Origin: Malacoraja senta
Lineage: Eukaryota
Length of the DNA: 64,000 nt
Assembly: GCA_038087875.1 (NCBI GenBank)
Contig: CM075981.1
Coordinates: 1,674,001-1,738,000, forward strand
Direction: 5' to 3'
The position numbers and the translations under genes are program-made. Of this stretch, positions 1 to 10,700 are shown piece by piece (within the stretch, counting starts at the first letter, position 1; every line of letters starts with the position of its first letter). The notes below the pieces were generated by a model. It made no database searches. It saw nothing but the letters and a program-made list of their open reading frames with translations, and was not told the DNA's origin.

Positions 1-86
1 TAAAAATTCCGTACATCCGTAGTCAGGATCGAACCCGGGTCTCTGGCGTTGTAAGGCAGCAACTCTACCGCTGCGCTACTGTGCCG
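1..86 (-). mobile_element. tRNA-derived SINE 5' part (also ~23105-23222 and ~47436-47553)
   Basis: Reverse complement has A-box-like agcgcagcggtag and B-box-like gggttcgatcc. Confidence 0.75.
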
Positions 87-277
87 TCGACACCTGGCGC
101 CAGAGTTGTTACCAGCCCGCCTGCTTGTCGTAACATCTCCCATTTACTCAACTCACACTGAAGAAACATTATCCTGTCTGTTAAGCCTATCAACTACTTA
201 CATCGGAAAACCATACTCCTTTGTTCAACTGCAAGTGAAAAGCAGTGAAACTGACTTTTATTTCCTTGTTCCAACAG

Positions 278-326
278 GTCATGAATATTCTTGTGAAAAT
301 TCGATAACATCCAATTACTCTGCAAG
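278..326 (+). CDS. Copy 0 stalk exon (G)HEYSCENSITSNYSA, 49 nt, phase 1 to 2
   Basis: Acceptor tttccttgttccaacag and donor AG|gtaaac; joins in frame to the C2b exon end INGT-G seen in copies 1 and 2. Confidence 0.75.
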
Positions 327-458
327 GTAAACCACTTTATTTCCAATGGAAGTTACAATATAGTAATTGCTGGTGTTTTGGTTGGGAATGCTTTATTTGG
401 GAGAAATTTGTGCCTGCCTTTCACTGGCATTAAATGCCCTGAGAGTATTGATCTGAAT

Positions 459-820
459 GCACAGTGGCACAGCCGATAGAATCACAGCCTCACAACACCA
501 CGACCCTGGTTCATTAGGTGCTGTCTGTGCGTGGTCTGCATGTTTTGCCTTTTATTGTGTTGGTTTCATTTAAGTGCTCCAGTTTCCTCCCAGCTCCCAA
601 AGATGTGCCAGTTGTAAATTGCCCCGTGTGTACAGGACAGCGGTTGAATCTGTGGATAGGGGATGGGGCGGGGAGGGAGGGAGGGTGTTGGACGGTAGTG
701 CTAGTTGATGAGGAAGTGGGGAAAATAAAAATGGGATTGACAGAGGATCCGTGTGAATGTAGTTGACTGTCGGCACAGACCAGAAGGGCCAAATGGCCTG
801 TTTCAATACTGTGTTTCTCC
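459..820 (+). mobile_element. Degenerate V-SINE (also in units 2 and 3)
   Basis: gcacagtggcacag head, gtttcctcccagctcccaaagatgtgc V-domain-like core, gaagggccaaatggcctgttt CR1-like tail; approximate bounds. Confidence 0.55.
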
Positions 821-876
821 ATGGGTCTTTTATCCAATGAAACCAAATATCGAAGCATAATCAAATTTTGTACGTC

Positions 877-966
877 CAGCCATGATCACATTGAATGGCG
901 GTGCTGGCTCAAAGGGCCGAATGGCCTACCCCTGCACCTCTTGTCTATTGTCTATTGTCTATTGTT
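877..966 (+). mobile_element. CR1 LINE 3' tip with (ctattgt)n tail
   Basis: cagccatgatcacattgaatggcggtgctggctc-aagggccgaatggccta matches the CR1 3' ends elsewhere in the window. Confidence 0.7.
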
Positions 967-1430
967 TCAAGCCTGACACCAAATATAAATGTATCTCTTA
1001 AATATTCGTTAATAATATGTATATAACTTGCAAACCAATTATTAGTTAACTCTTCAGAAGGGGAATTACACTGGGTTTACATCTCATTGTGTTGTGTACA
1101 TGCTTGGATGATAAGAACAAGTTCTTCCATTTGCTGCTTTTCAGAGAGCGCTTCCTGCAGTATTCACCATGACTTCTCCTTCACTAACCTCATCCCATGC
1201 TGTGAGATGAATATAGTTGCCAAACCCAAGTCTTGCAGTTTAGCTTGGTTGACACTTGCTCTGGTGTGGTGCTGATAGGTAAATGCATTATGAATTATGG
1301 GCTAAGACACCCCCCCTTGATATCACTTATGGCAACACCTTGCCATTGATGGGGTCACGCACCAACAATTCGCTGGCGCAGAATGTGAGAAAAGTCTTGA
1401 ATCAGACCGAATACAGCGAACTGAGTTAAC

Positions 1431-1454
1431 TCAATCAATCAATCAATCAATCAA
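1431..1454 (+). repeat. (CAAT)n microsatellite, probably the tail of a minus-strand AT-rich LINE remnant (~1431-1640)
   Basis: Direct reading; flanked by a possible taact duplication. Confidence 0.6.
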
Positions 1455-2137
1455 CCGTTATTGTCATTTTAAACATTTCACACATAAATAAAAACAATAA
1501 AAACACTCCAAAATAATAATAATCAATAAATAAATATATAAATAAAACAATCCAGTCCCTGATAAAAACAATACGAATAGCTAAAAAGTGCAGGTAAAAA
1601 AACAGCAACATTAAAATACAAGTAAAAACATTCATAAATAACTGACGCTCCCTTACACATTGAACCTTGAAAACATTGTTTTTTTAAATTATCCCTGAAT
1701 ATTCCATCATAATACAGTCATGAAAGTGGGAACACTTTGTTATTTATCTTGTTACAATTGAAATAGGTCTGGCTTTCTATCACACTCTTGCGATAGGAAA
1801 TAAGAATATTAATAAAACGCACGCCGCTATTAGCGAACCTTTAACCGATTTTTCGAACACACACCATCTACACACCTACCGCGTTAATCCAAGTAATATC
1901 GAGGGGGCGAGATTAAGCATTAACATTTTTAATTTATTTTATTACTTGGCCTCATCCGTTTCCATATTTATTGTCCCACCTCCCTTCCACCATTAGAATT
2001 GATCCCTTTTAATTAATCTATCCATATGGATTTTATTATAATCTTCCTTGCAGCTGCATTTTCTTTCTTCCAGGGTATTACACTGTTCTTTGTATCTTTC
2101 ACACATCCACAGTGTTCCCTTTCCCGTGACTCCCAGT

Positions 2138-2165
2138 CTGAAGAAGGGTCTCGACCCGAAACGTC
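2138..2165 (+). ncRNA. Minimal hammerhead ribozyme core in a Penelope terminus; copies at 25274-25301 and 49605-49632
   Basis: CTGAAGA-A-GGGT(CTCG)ACCC-GAAA-CGTC. Confidence 0.55.
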
Positions 2166-2405
2166 ACACATGGGGTCATGCAGCAAAGATTCGGTGGCGC
2201 AGAAAGTGAGAAACCAGCCTTGAATTCAACCGAATACACCGAACTGTCTTAACTGACGCTCCCTTACACATTGAACCTTGAAACCTCTCCCGCTGTGTTT
2301 CGCCAGCATTGTGTGTCACTGAATTCACTGCTCCATCTGCTGACTTATTTCTCTGTCTTCTCCGAATCCATTTAACCGTCTAATCTCTGATACCCAGTAT
2401 TGTAG

Positions 2406-2423
2406 ATATGCTCCAGCAAAGAG
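2406..2423 (+). CDS. Copy 0 candidate 18-nt micro-exon (R)YAPAK(S), phase 2 symmetric
   Basis: tgtag|ATATGCTCCAGCAAAGAG|gtcagt with a pyrimidine tract upstream; frame-compatible with both neighbours. Confidence 0.5.
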
Positions 2424-2622
2424 GTCAGTAATTGGTGATCATAGGTTGTCCCCCCCCCCCCCAGTCCAACACCCGTTCTTTCTCCAAGATGATCTCCATT
2501 GGCTCTGCTGCTTCGCCCCGCTCCACTTCACTAAGATTATGAAGCAAATAACAGGTAAATGTTTCAAAGATAAATCGTCACGTTTCCTCCCATTGATTCT
2601 GTATCTCTTGCCCTTTGCCCAG

Positions 2623-2713
2623 TTACATCTCATGGAATGTGGGGCGCTGGTTGTTCTTTCTCCTGCTTGTGCTCTGGAGTATCTCAACCGCGGTGTTCAC
2701 AAGAGGCTGTAAG
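2623..2713 (+). CDS. Copy 0 transmembrane exon SYISWNVGRWLFFLLLVLWSISTAVFTRGCK
   Basis: Acceptor ccctttgcccag, donor AAG|gtaggt; hydrophobic stretch with an Arg near its N-terminal end. Confidence 0.8.
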
Positions 2714-3331
2714 GTAGGTTTTATTATCATCATGTTCATAAATTATAGGAGCAGAATTGGTCCATTCAGCCCATTATATATAATCCGCCCCCAATCACGA
2801 CTATTCTAGCCTTCGCTCCCGATCCATCCTCCTGCCTTCACCCTATAACCCTTGACATCCTTATTTATGAGGAATATGAAAATCTCCGGCTTAAAAATAT
2901 CAATTGATTTGGATAGGTACAAAAATACTGGAGTAACTCAGCGGGACAGGCAGTATCTCCGGAGTGGATTGATATGGCCTCCACAGCCTCCTATGGTAAT
3001 GAAATCCATTGATTCACCACCCTCTGCCCAAAACAATCCATTCTCTTCGCCGAATGTATCCAAACGGTTTCCATTAATGCTTTCAAATATCCTGTCCATT
3101 GATATAAACAAAAGTCGTGCACGTTTTCATAACCTGAAGTTAAACCAAATCACTATGTAGATGATATCATGTGGTTTTGTCAGGTTGTACGTGTGCTGGG
3201 TGGATTTCTGTGCGCGGTGTGGATTCGTTGGGGTCCATCTTCCAGACAGCCATGTGTTGGGGGTGGTCGGGTCAAATAAAGCGTGGTTCCCACTGTCAGT
3301 GAGTCTGATGACTTCACATTGTCTTTTGCAG

Positions 3332-3379
3332 AGACGCGATGAATCAGAACCTCGCCACTCGACACACGAATTAGAATGA
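3332..3379 (+). CDS. Copy 0 terminal cytoplasmic exon RRDESEPRHSTHELE*
   Basis: Acceptor gtcttttgcag, phase 0 matches the TM donor; AATAAA at 3763 and 3780 downstream. Confidence 0.6.
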   Translation, partial: RRDESEPRHSTHELE

Positions 3380-3762
3380 AGACTCCTAGCTTGCACCAAC
3401 AGTGAGGGAATTCTGCACCGCGATGAAATATTTATGCATCATCCTGCTTTGTCAACTGATACCAATTGGACGAATATATGTATCTTGCAATTCAACGAAC
3501 GGTTTCATGAAAGTGACTTCAAAGCAATGTTCCAAACTTTCCAAACCATATCTGTTTCCAAAACTCATTTACCGCACTGGTCTTAATGTTTGTCACCTCT
3601 TCCAAGGTTTCTTTCATCACCTTCGAACTATTGTTTTAACCTCTGCGTGGTTTCTGCTGCTCAAAAGTCTTATACCCTGTTAAAATATATTATATGCATT
3701 CAACTTCCTGGAAAAAAATGTTTTCGCTGACAAATGAATAATTATGCATCAGGATGCTTCTT

Positions 3763-3785
3763 AATAAATTTTTGTTGTCAATAAA
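3763..3785 (+). terminator. Candidate polyadenylation signals (two AATAAA) for copy 0
   Basis: AATAAA at 3763-3768 and 3780-3785, followed by GT/T-rich sequence; conserved in the other units. Confidence 0.4.
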
Positions 3786-4044
3786 TGGTTTGTCTAATTT
3801 GTTTTGTTTAGACTGTAAATTTAGTGTTGAAGAACAGACTGAAATCAGATTGCTGGAGATTTCTCCTGTTGCCAAACGTTAAAGGCGTTAAGGAATGGCA
3901 ATGATTAATCTTTCAGACCATGCTATCCCATCAGAACAAAACTCCAGATGCTGGTTTAAACTGAAGATAGACATAAATTGCTGGGGTAACTCAGAGTGAC
4001 AGGCGGCATCTGTGGATATATGAGGTAAGTTTAGGCGGACTCAG

Positions 4045-4960
4045 CGGCGGTATTCAACGAATTGATCGCCGATCCTGCGCTTGTTCTCGCTTCTCGGCGA
4101 TCGCTTCGCTGAACAGCTCCGCTCAGTCGGCCTAAACCTACCTGACATCCCGGTCAATAGACAATAGACAATAGACAATAGGTGCAGGAGTAGGCCATTT
4201 GGCCCTTCGAGCCAGCACCTCCATTCAATGTGATCATGGCTGATCATCCCCAATCAGTACCCCGTTCCAGCCTTCTCCCTATATCCCCTGACTCCGCAAT
4301 TTTTAAAAGCCCTATCTATCTCTCTCTTGAAAGCATCCAGAGAACCTGCCTCCACCGCCCTCTGAGGCATAGAATTCCACAGACTCACCACTCTCTGTGA
4401 GAAAAAGTGTTTCCTCGTCTCCGTTCTAAATGGCTTACTCCTTATTCTTAAACTATCGCTCCTGGTTCTGAACTCCCCGAATATCGGGAACACGTTTCGC
4501 TAAACAGTTTAACTCCCCCTCCCATTCCCACACTGACATTTCTATCCTGGGCATCCTCCATTGTCAGAGTGAGTCCCAGCGCAAATAGGTGGAACAGCAC
4601 CTGATATTTCGCTAGGGCAGCTTACACCCCAGCGGTGTGAACATTGACTTCTCTAACTTCAAGTAACCCTTGCTTTCCCTCTCAATCCAGCCCCCCAATT
4701 ACCAGCTCTCCGATCAGTCTGACAGTCTCCGACTACATTTTACCTCTCATTGCTTTGTTGTTATCTTCTCCCAGCTAACAATGATCTATTCTACATTTTC
4801 CTTGAGCTTCACCCCCTTTGTCCCGTTTTCACACCTTACAATTCCTAATCTAATTATCTCCACCTCCCTTGACCAGTCTGAATAAGGGTCTCGATCCGAA
4901 ACGTCACCCATTCCTTTCATCCATAGATGCTACCTGTCCCAATGAGATACTCCAGCATGT
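4045..4960 (+). mobile_element. Penelope-like (GIY-YIG) 3' fragment interrupted by a minus-strand CR1 3' end (4155-4494)
   Basis: PLE segments cgatcgcttcgctgaacagctccg and aactccccctcccattcccacac flank the CR1 fragment (ORF 4254-4493, RKHFFSQRVVSLWN); repeated in units 2 and 3. Confidence 0.75.
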
Positions 4961-5144
4961 TGTACAACAATATTTTTTTGATTAAATGATTGAAAGAAAC
5001 AGCATGGATACTGACCATTTGGCCCACTGAGTCCACGTCAACCAGCAATCAACCCTTTCACAGTAATGTTGATAAACATTTTATTGCTGCAACGAGTTAT
5101 TCATTTTGTCCACCGTACAAAAGAGTTAATGGACTATAAATAAT

Positions 5145-5468
5145 GGCCAAGGTGGCGCAACGGTAGAGTTGCTGCCTTACAACGCTTGCAGTGCGGGAGA
5201 CCCAGGTTCGATCCCGACTACGGGAGCTGTGTGTACGGAGTTTTTACGTTCCACCGTGACCGCGTGATATTTCTCACAGATCTTCGATTTCCTCCCACAC
5301 TACAAAGACGTACAGGTATGTAGGTTAATTGGCTTGCTATAAATGTAAATTGTCCACAGTGTGTGTGGGATAGCGTTATTGTGCGGGGATCGCTGGTCAG
5401 TGTGGACTCGGTGGGCCGAAGGGCCTGTTTCCGCGCTGTATCTCCAAACTAAACTAAACTAAACTAAA
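5145..5468 (+). mobile_element. Full-length tRNA-derived V-SINE (HE1-like) with (ctaaa)n tail; copies at 28285-28608 and 52616-52939
   Basis: tRNA head (ggtggcgcaacggtag...ggttcgatccc), central tttcctcccacactacaaagacgtacaggt core, CR1-like 3' end gggccgaagggcctgtttcc. Confidence 0.85.
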
Positions 5469-7732
5469 TTAGTGGAAAGTCTATTCTTGTGCCGAACAAA
5501 ATGGTTGAGTTGCAGCTTGCAAAGCCCGGGGTGTGAAACTGCAAATACATTGTGTTGCTTTCTTCAGTCTGACTTGTGACTGTAACCCCGCCCATGAAAG
5601 AACTGTGAAGGATGTTGTTTGAATATAAGAAATGGTGACCTGCAAAACGGAGTAACCACCATAAAGTTCCGAAAGAGTCAAGGATTGCTTTGGGTAAAAT
5701 GTCCCACTTATAAAGATAAATATTATCCACACAGTAAGCAGGGAGACGAGGAAATGAGACCAGAGGCTGCTTTGAACTCATAAACCCCCATGTTAGGGAT
5801 ATCCGAGGAGTGCTGAATAGCCAGAGCAGATTCTGTGGTCACATTGATGCTGCCTGGCCCCTTTCAACTCGAGCTTGTTGATGGTCTAATGGGAGGAATG
5901 AACTTGAATTGGATCTTACCCCACTGCTAGACATCCCAAAGTGCCTCATAGATAGTGAGAGGTAAACAGTCTGAGATGCGACAGATAGACACAAAATACT
6001 GGAACAACTCAGCGGATAGGCAGCATCACAGCAGGGAAAGAACGGGTGACATTTCGGGTCGATGCCACTATTGTGTTTAGTGATGGGTACTGGCTTGCAA
6101 TGTACTTTAATCTAATATGTTCAAACAGTCATTTATTTCTTTACACTGATTTGTTCTGCAGTGCTGACACTTTGCTCGCGCTGCTGAAAAAAAGGGTGTG
6201 TAGATTCGTAACTCTGAACAGCATCTTGCGAGCAGCTCGCTGTAAAACTGTTTGCTGAGAAGTGTTTGCAGTAGTCATGGGTCAAAGGCGAATGTAGACA
6301 GAATTCAATTGTTCTGCTGCATCGTCCGTTCCTCTCTGCAGTGTTTTTAGGGGGGCAAGTATGCAGGAAATAGCTCCTAACAAAAGATCCTTTACTGAGG
6401 GTCGCCAACGCTCAGCTAACACCAGTGGCGGACTCATCAGTGTGTTACACCCATACTACGTGATACACAACATTGCCACAGATGTACACAACCAGAATAA
6501 ACGACACTGTTCCACTAAAAGTGACACACCAGAACGATAGACGGCAGCAGATATTAGGTTATATTATAATGCAACTAGTTGCCTACAGAATGAATTCGTT
6601 GCAAGCAGATGTACAAAATCAGCCAATGGAATGTACACGAACACAACCCTGATAATGTATTCGCTCTGCATTGTAAAGAAGACAAGTTAATAATTCAATT
6701 CGCCGTGCATATTCTACCTTGCTTTAACTTCACTAAGTGTATCACTTCGCCCTTGTTGAGTTACATTACACATGTCAGTTACATTCCACATCCCGCTTTC
6801 CCAGCTGATCTCCATCCTGTGGTAATTCTAGACAAACTTCTTCACAGTCCTCCAGACCGTTAATTTTCTATTTTCAAAATGTGAATACCATGACAATAGT
6901 GTTTCAAATTTGAATTGAAGAGTTGAAGCAGAGAGGAGAGGGTCAAACTCCAATTAACCTCAGCTGATTTCAGATGAAAATCCCCTACTTCCTAACGCCA
7001 GCTTCCTGTTTTGCCCCTTGTCAACAGTAATAAGCAAAAACAAAAGTTCCAATTATTATATTTTTGATCTGCCGGTCCACTTACAAAATCATCAAGAGGG
7101 AATGATCGGGAAGTGTACACATCTTAGGCGTTTCTACAATTCTAAATCGTCATATTTTATCCAATGTATCATTGTTTACATGAAGGGGCCCGACCCGAAA
7201 CGTCACCTAACCATTTTCTCCAGAGGTGCTGCCTGGCCCGCAGAGTTCCTTATGAATTTTTTTGTCTATCATTATTTCCACCACTTTTCAGTGTTAACAG
7301 ACTCTGAGTACAGAGATAATCGCCGCTGCATCCTAACGGATACATCACACTTGACGAAGTGGTTGAAGCAGCTGCAATAACAACATGTAACGAGCACTTG
7401 GACAGTTCCACGTATGGGGAAGGTTTGGGGAGTTTCGGGTTGAACGTGGGAAAATCTGACTAACTTAGATGAGCACATTGGTCTAACGCGTTGGGGGGAA
7501 GGGCCTGTTTCCGTGACGTATGACTGTGATCATCCGACCCAACCATTTGTTAAATATAACCCTGATCCTTTCACACTGTAACGTGTCGAGCTGCTGCTGG
7601 CTCGCTGTGGTTCACGATCTGAAGTCCTGTTCCCTTCTTCGTCGTTGCTATTCGAGAGATGAGGTTGTATCTGAGAGCTACGAGCTGAGCGACAGACAGA
7701 CAAGTGCTGGCCTCGTCACTGTGGATAAAACA

Positions 7733-7769
7733 ATGTGGATTCCCATTCTTCTCATCTCCTCGCTGCCGG
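7733..7769 (+). CDS. Copy 1 leader exon MWIPILLISSLP(G)
   Basis: aaacaATGT start, hydrophobic peptide, G|gtgagt phase-1 donor; completed by AVWA from the V exon. Confidence 0.85.
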
Positions 7770-10700
7770 GTGAGTGAAAGCCAGATCCGGATATTCCAAT
7801 GATCAATGTTATTTGGGGTCTCATGCACCCTTTCCACAGCAGAGATAGTTAAGTATGTGTAGACATGTAATGGGGGAGATGCAACTCAGTGCATTGTGGT
7901 GATGGATCTGAAATCACATTTGAATATCTAGACTATGTTCGTAGTTTAACCACTGTTGACACGGTCTAATTGCATCCTGGTGATAGTTTATAGGCATAAA
8001 ATAGCAAATGAATTTGGAGCAGATACTCCAAGATACCTGGACCGAAGGACAGAGGTTACAACATCACCAGGAAGTTAATTCTACACCTTTTAAATGTGTT
8101 TACAACTGAGGGGGGGGGGTGGTCGGGATTGTGGACTCATTGTATCAGTTCAAATATTCCCTGCATTTGTCCAACTCAACTCTGTCGCAAACCCAACAAT
8201 TCCCCGCAGTCTGAGACTGAACCACTGTTCTCGCTCTATCCACCCACCCCCAACTCTCTCTCCATCCTCTTTCCAATCCGCAACCCAGTCGCGCTAAAAT
8301 GCAAGTTCAGGTTATTGTCACGTGTACCGAGGTACAGTGAAAAGCTTTTTGTTGCGTGCTAATCAGACAGATACATGATTATAATCGATCCTCTTACAGT
8401 GCATAGATACATGAAAGGGAAATAAAGTGTAAGGTAAAGCCAGCGAAGTCCGATCAAGGGTATTCCGAGGGTCACCAAAGAGGTAGATAGTTCAGCACTG
8501 CTCTCTGGTTGTGGTAGGATGATACTGATGTGTGAGTGCAACTGGAAAGGAACTGTCCCCGAATCTGGCGGTGTGCGTTTTCACGCTAGTAACGCTCTCC
8601 GGTAATATACCCGCATTATTGTAACTCGTCCGTCCTCAGTGTCCTCAGTCAGGGCTTTATAAAGGCAGTGGCGGCGGTGAATGTCTAAACACGGGTCCGG
8701 CCCAGTGTCGGTTGAGAGATAAATGTTTCCGGGACATCTGGGCACCGCCTGGGGTTGAATACATCCTTGACAAGTATTGTAACATAGTTGTATAGTTGTT
8801 TATTTCGTTTATTTGTTTGTCTTGTATTATGGTGGTGGGTTCTGTTTTGTTTTATTGTATCGTCAATATTATTTTCAATAATTAAATAAATTATTTGATA
8901 ATATTTTTTTTTTAAACACGTGTCCGGCCCAGTGTCGGTTGAGAGATGAATGTTGGCAGCGCAGCCGGCGGCACCGCCAATTAAATAGCAAAGTGGGGTC
9001 TTTCTTTAGGGTGAGAGGCCGGGCACCGCCTGGGATTGTTGGAAGGCAGCTCCTGCAACACTGCCGCGCTCCCTCAGAACCGCACTGCGATCCCAGCCCA
9101 GTTTCTGCTCAGGGATCTGGAGTGGGAAGTGAACCCAAATTGTACTGAGCCGCGGACAGAACATTGACACAACTGGTACAATAACAGCACTGTCTGCACT
9201 TCAGACCGGAGACATTGGTCGTGAAGCAATATGACACATTATGGAACGTTTTACGTTTTCTTTCATGTAATCTTCAAAATGTATCAATTACCATTAAACA
9301 GTTAATTTGCTCTCCATCTGAAAGTTTCTCCGCTCAGTTTCAGGTGCAGTGTGGGCAGAGTGGGAAGTAAAAGGAGTTGTGGGAAGAGAGATCACAATCG
9401 ATTGTCACTATGCAGCAGAGTACCGCTCACACACAAAATACTGGTGCCGTGGGAGGAGTCGATCGTGTAGAGTTTTAGTGGAAACAAATGGGCAACACGG
9501 ACGGAGTGGAAGAGTGTCAATCACAGATAACCCGGCACGAGGAATATTTATTGTGACTGTGGAGGATCTTCACTCGGGAAGATACAGGATGGTACAGCTG
9601 TGGAATTTCAACATCAGCCGACCATCCAATATTTAACGTTTTACTCGAAGTATCTGACGGTATGTTTCGCAGCGAATGACTTGACGTCTCCAGCAGAAAG
9701 ACAATACAGGATTACAATCGATCCTCTTACAGTGCATAGATACATGAAAAGGAAATTACGTTTAGTGTAAGGCGAATCCAGCAAAGTCCGATCAAGGGTA
9801 GTCCGAGGGTCATCAAAGAGATAGATAGTTCCGCACTACTCTCTGGATGTGGTAGGATGATTCAGATGCCTGACAACAGCTGTGAAGAAATTGTCCCCGA
9901 ATCTGGCGGTGTGCGTGTTCACGCTAGTAACGCTCTCCGGTAAGGGACCTGGAGGTGGGTGGTGAGTGGGCGAGTGGTGAGTGGGTGAGTGGTTGGGTGA
10001 GTGGGCAGATGCATGGCAGATGAAGTTTAATGTGGATAAATGTGAGTTTATCCACTTTAGTAGCAAAATCAGGAAGGCAGATTATTATCTGAATGTTGTC
10101 AGGTTGGGAAAAGGGGAAGTACAAAGAGATCTGGGGGTCCTTGTTCATCACTCACTGAAAGTAAGCATGCAGGTACAGCAGGCAGTGAAGAAAGCTAGTG
10201 GCATGTTGACCTTAATAACAAGAGGAGTTGAGTACAGGAGCAAAGAAGTCCTTCTGCAGTTGTACATGGCCCCAGTGAGACCACACCTGGATTATTGTTT
10301 GCAGTTTTGATCTCCAAATTTGAGGAAGGACCTTCTTGCTATCGAGGGAGTGCAGTGTATGTTGAGGGAGTGCAACAAGGTTAATTCCCGGGATGGCGGG
10401 ACTGTCATCTGTTGATTGAATGGTGCGGGTGCGCTTGTATACTCAGGAATTTAGAAGGATGAGATGGGATCTTATTGAAAAATATAAGATTATTAAGGGA
10501 TTGGACACGCGAGAGGCAGGAAACTTTTTCCCGATATTAAGAATAATGGATAGGCCATTTAGAACGGAGATGAGGAAAAACGTTTTCACCCAGAGAGTTG
10601 TGAATCTGTGGAATCATCTGCCTCAGAAGGCAGTGGGGGCCGATTCACTGGATGCATTCAAAAGAGAGTTAGATAGAGCGCTTTGGGCTAGCGGAATCAA

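Noticed and set aside
1-86. tRNA genes (also 5145-5220)
   Set aside because: These are tRNA-like SINE heads that continue into SINE body and tail sequence and lack a complete cloverleaf.
1145-1278. Possible extra exon after ttttcag (ESASCSIHHDF...)
   Set aside because: The frame does not fit the phase-2 stalk donor without stops, and there is no recognisable domain.
3184-3279. Alternative terminal exon VVRVLGGFLCAVWIRWGPSSRQPCVGGGRVK* after ttttgtcag
   Set aside because: It is in phase with the TM donor, but the peptide is implausibly hydrophobic for a tail; the 3332 acceptor gives a more typical charged tail. Only RNA data could revive it.
5446-5468. CRISPR-like or other prokaryotic repeat arrays
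   Set aside because: The sequence is intron-containing vertebrate DNA; the short repeats are SINE and LINE tails such as (ctaaa)n, (ctattgt)n and (caat)n.
9955-10005. (GGGTGAGT)-like tandem repeat as a telomeric or G-quadruplex element
   Set aside because: It is a short degenerate expansion at the 5' truncation point of a CR1 fragment, built from the adjacent CR1 sequence.
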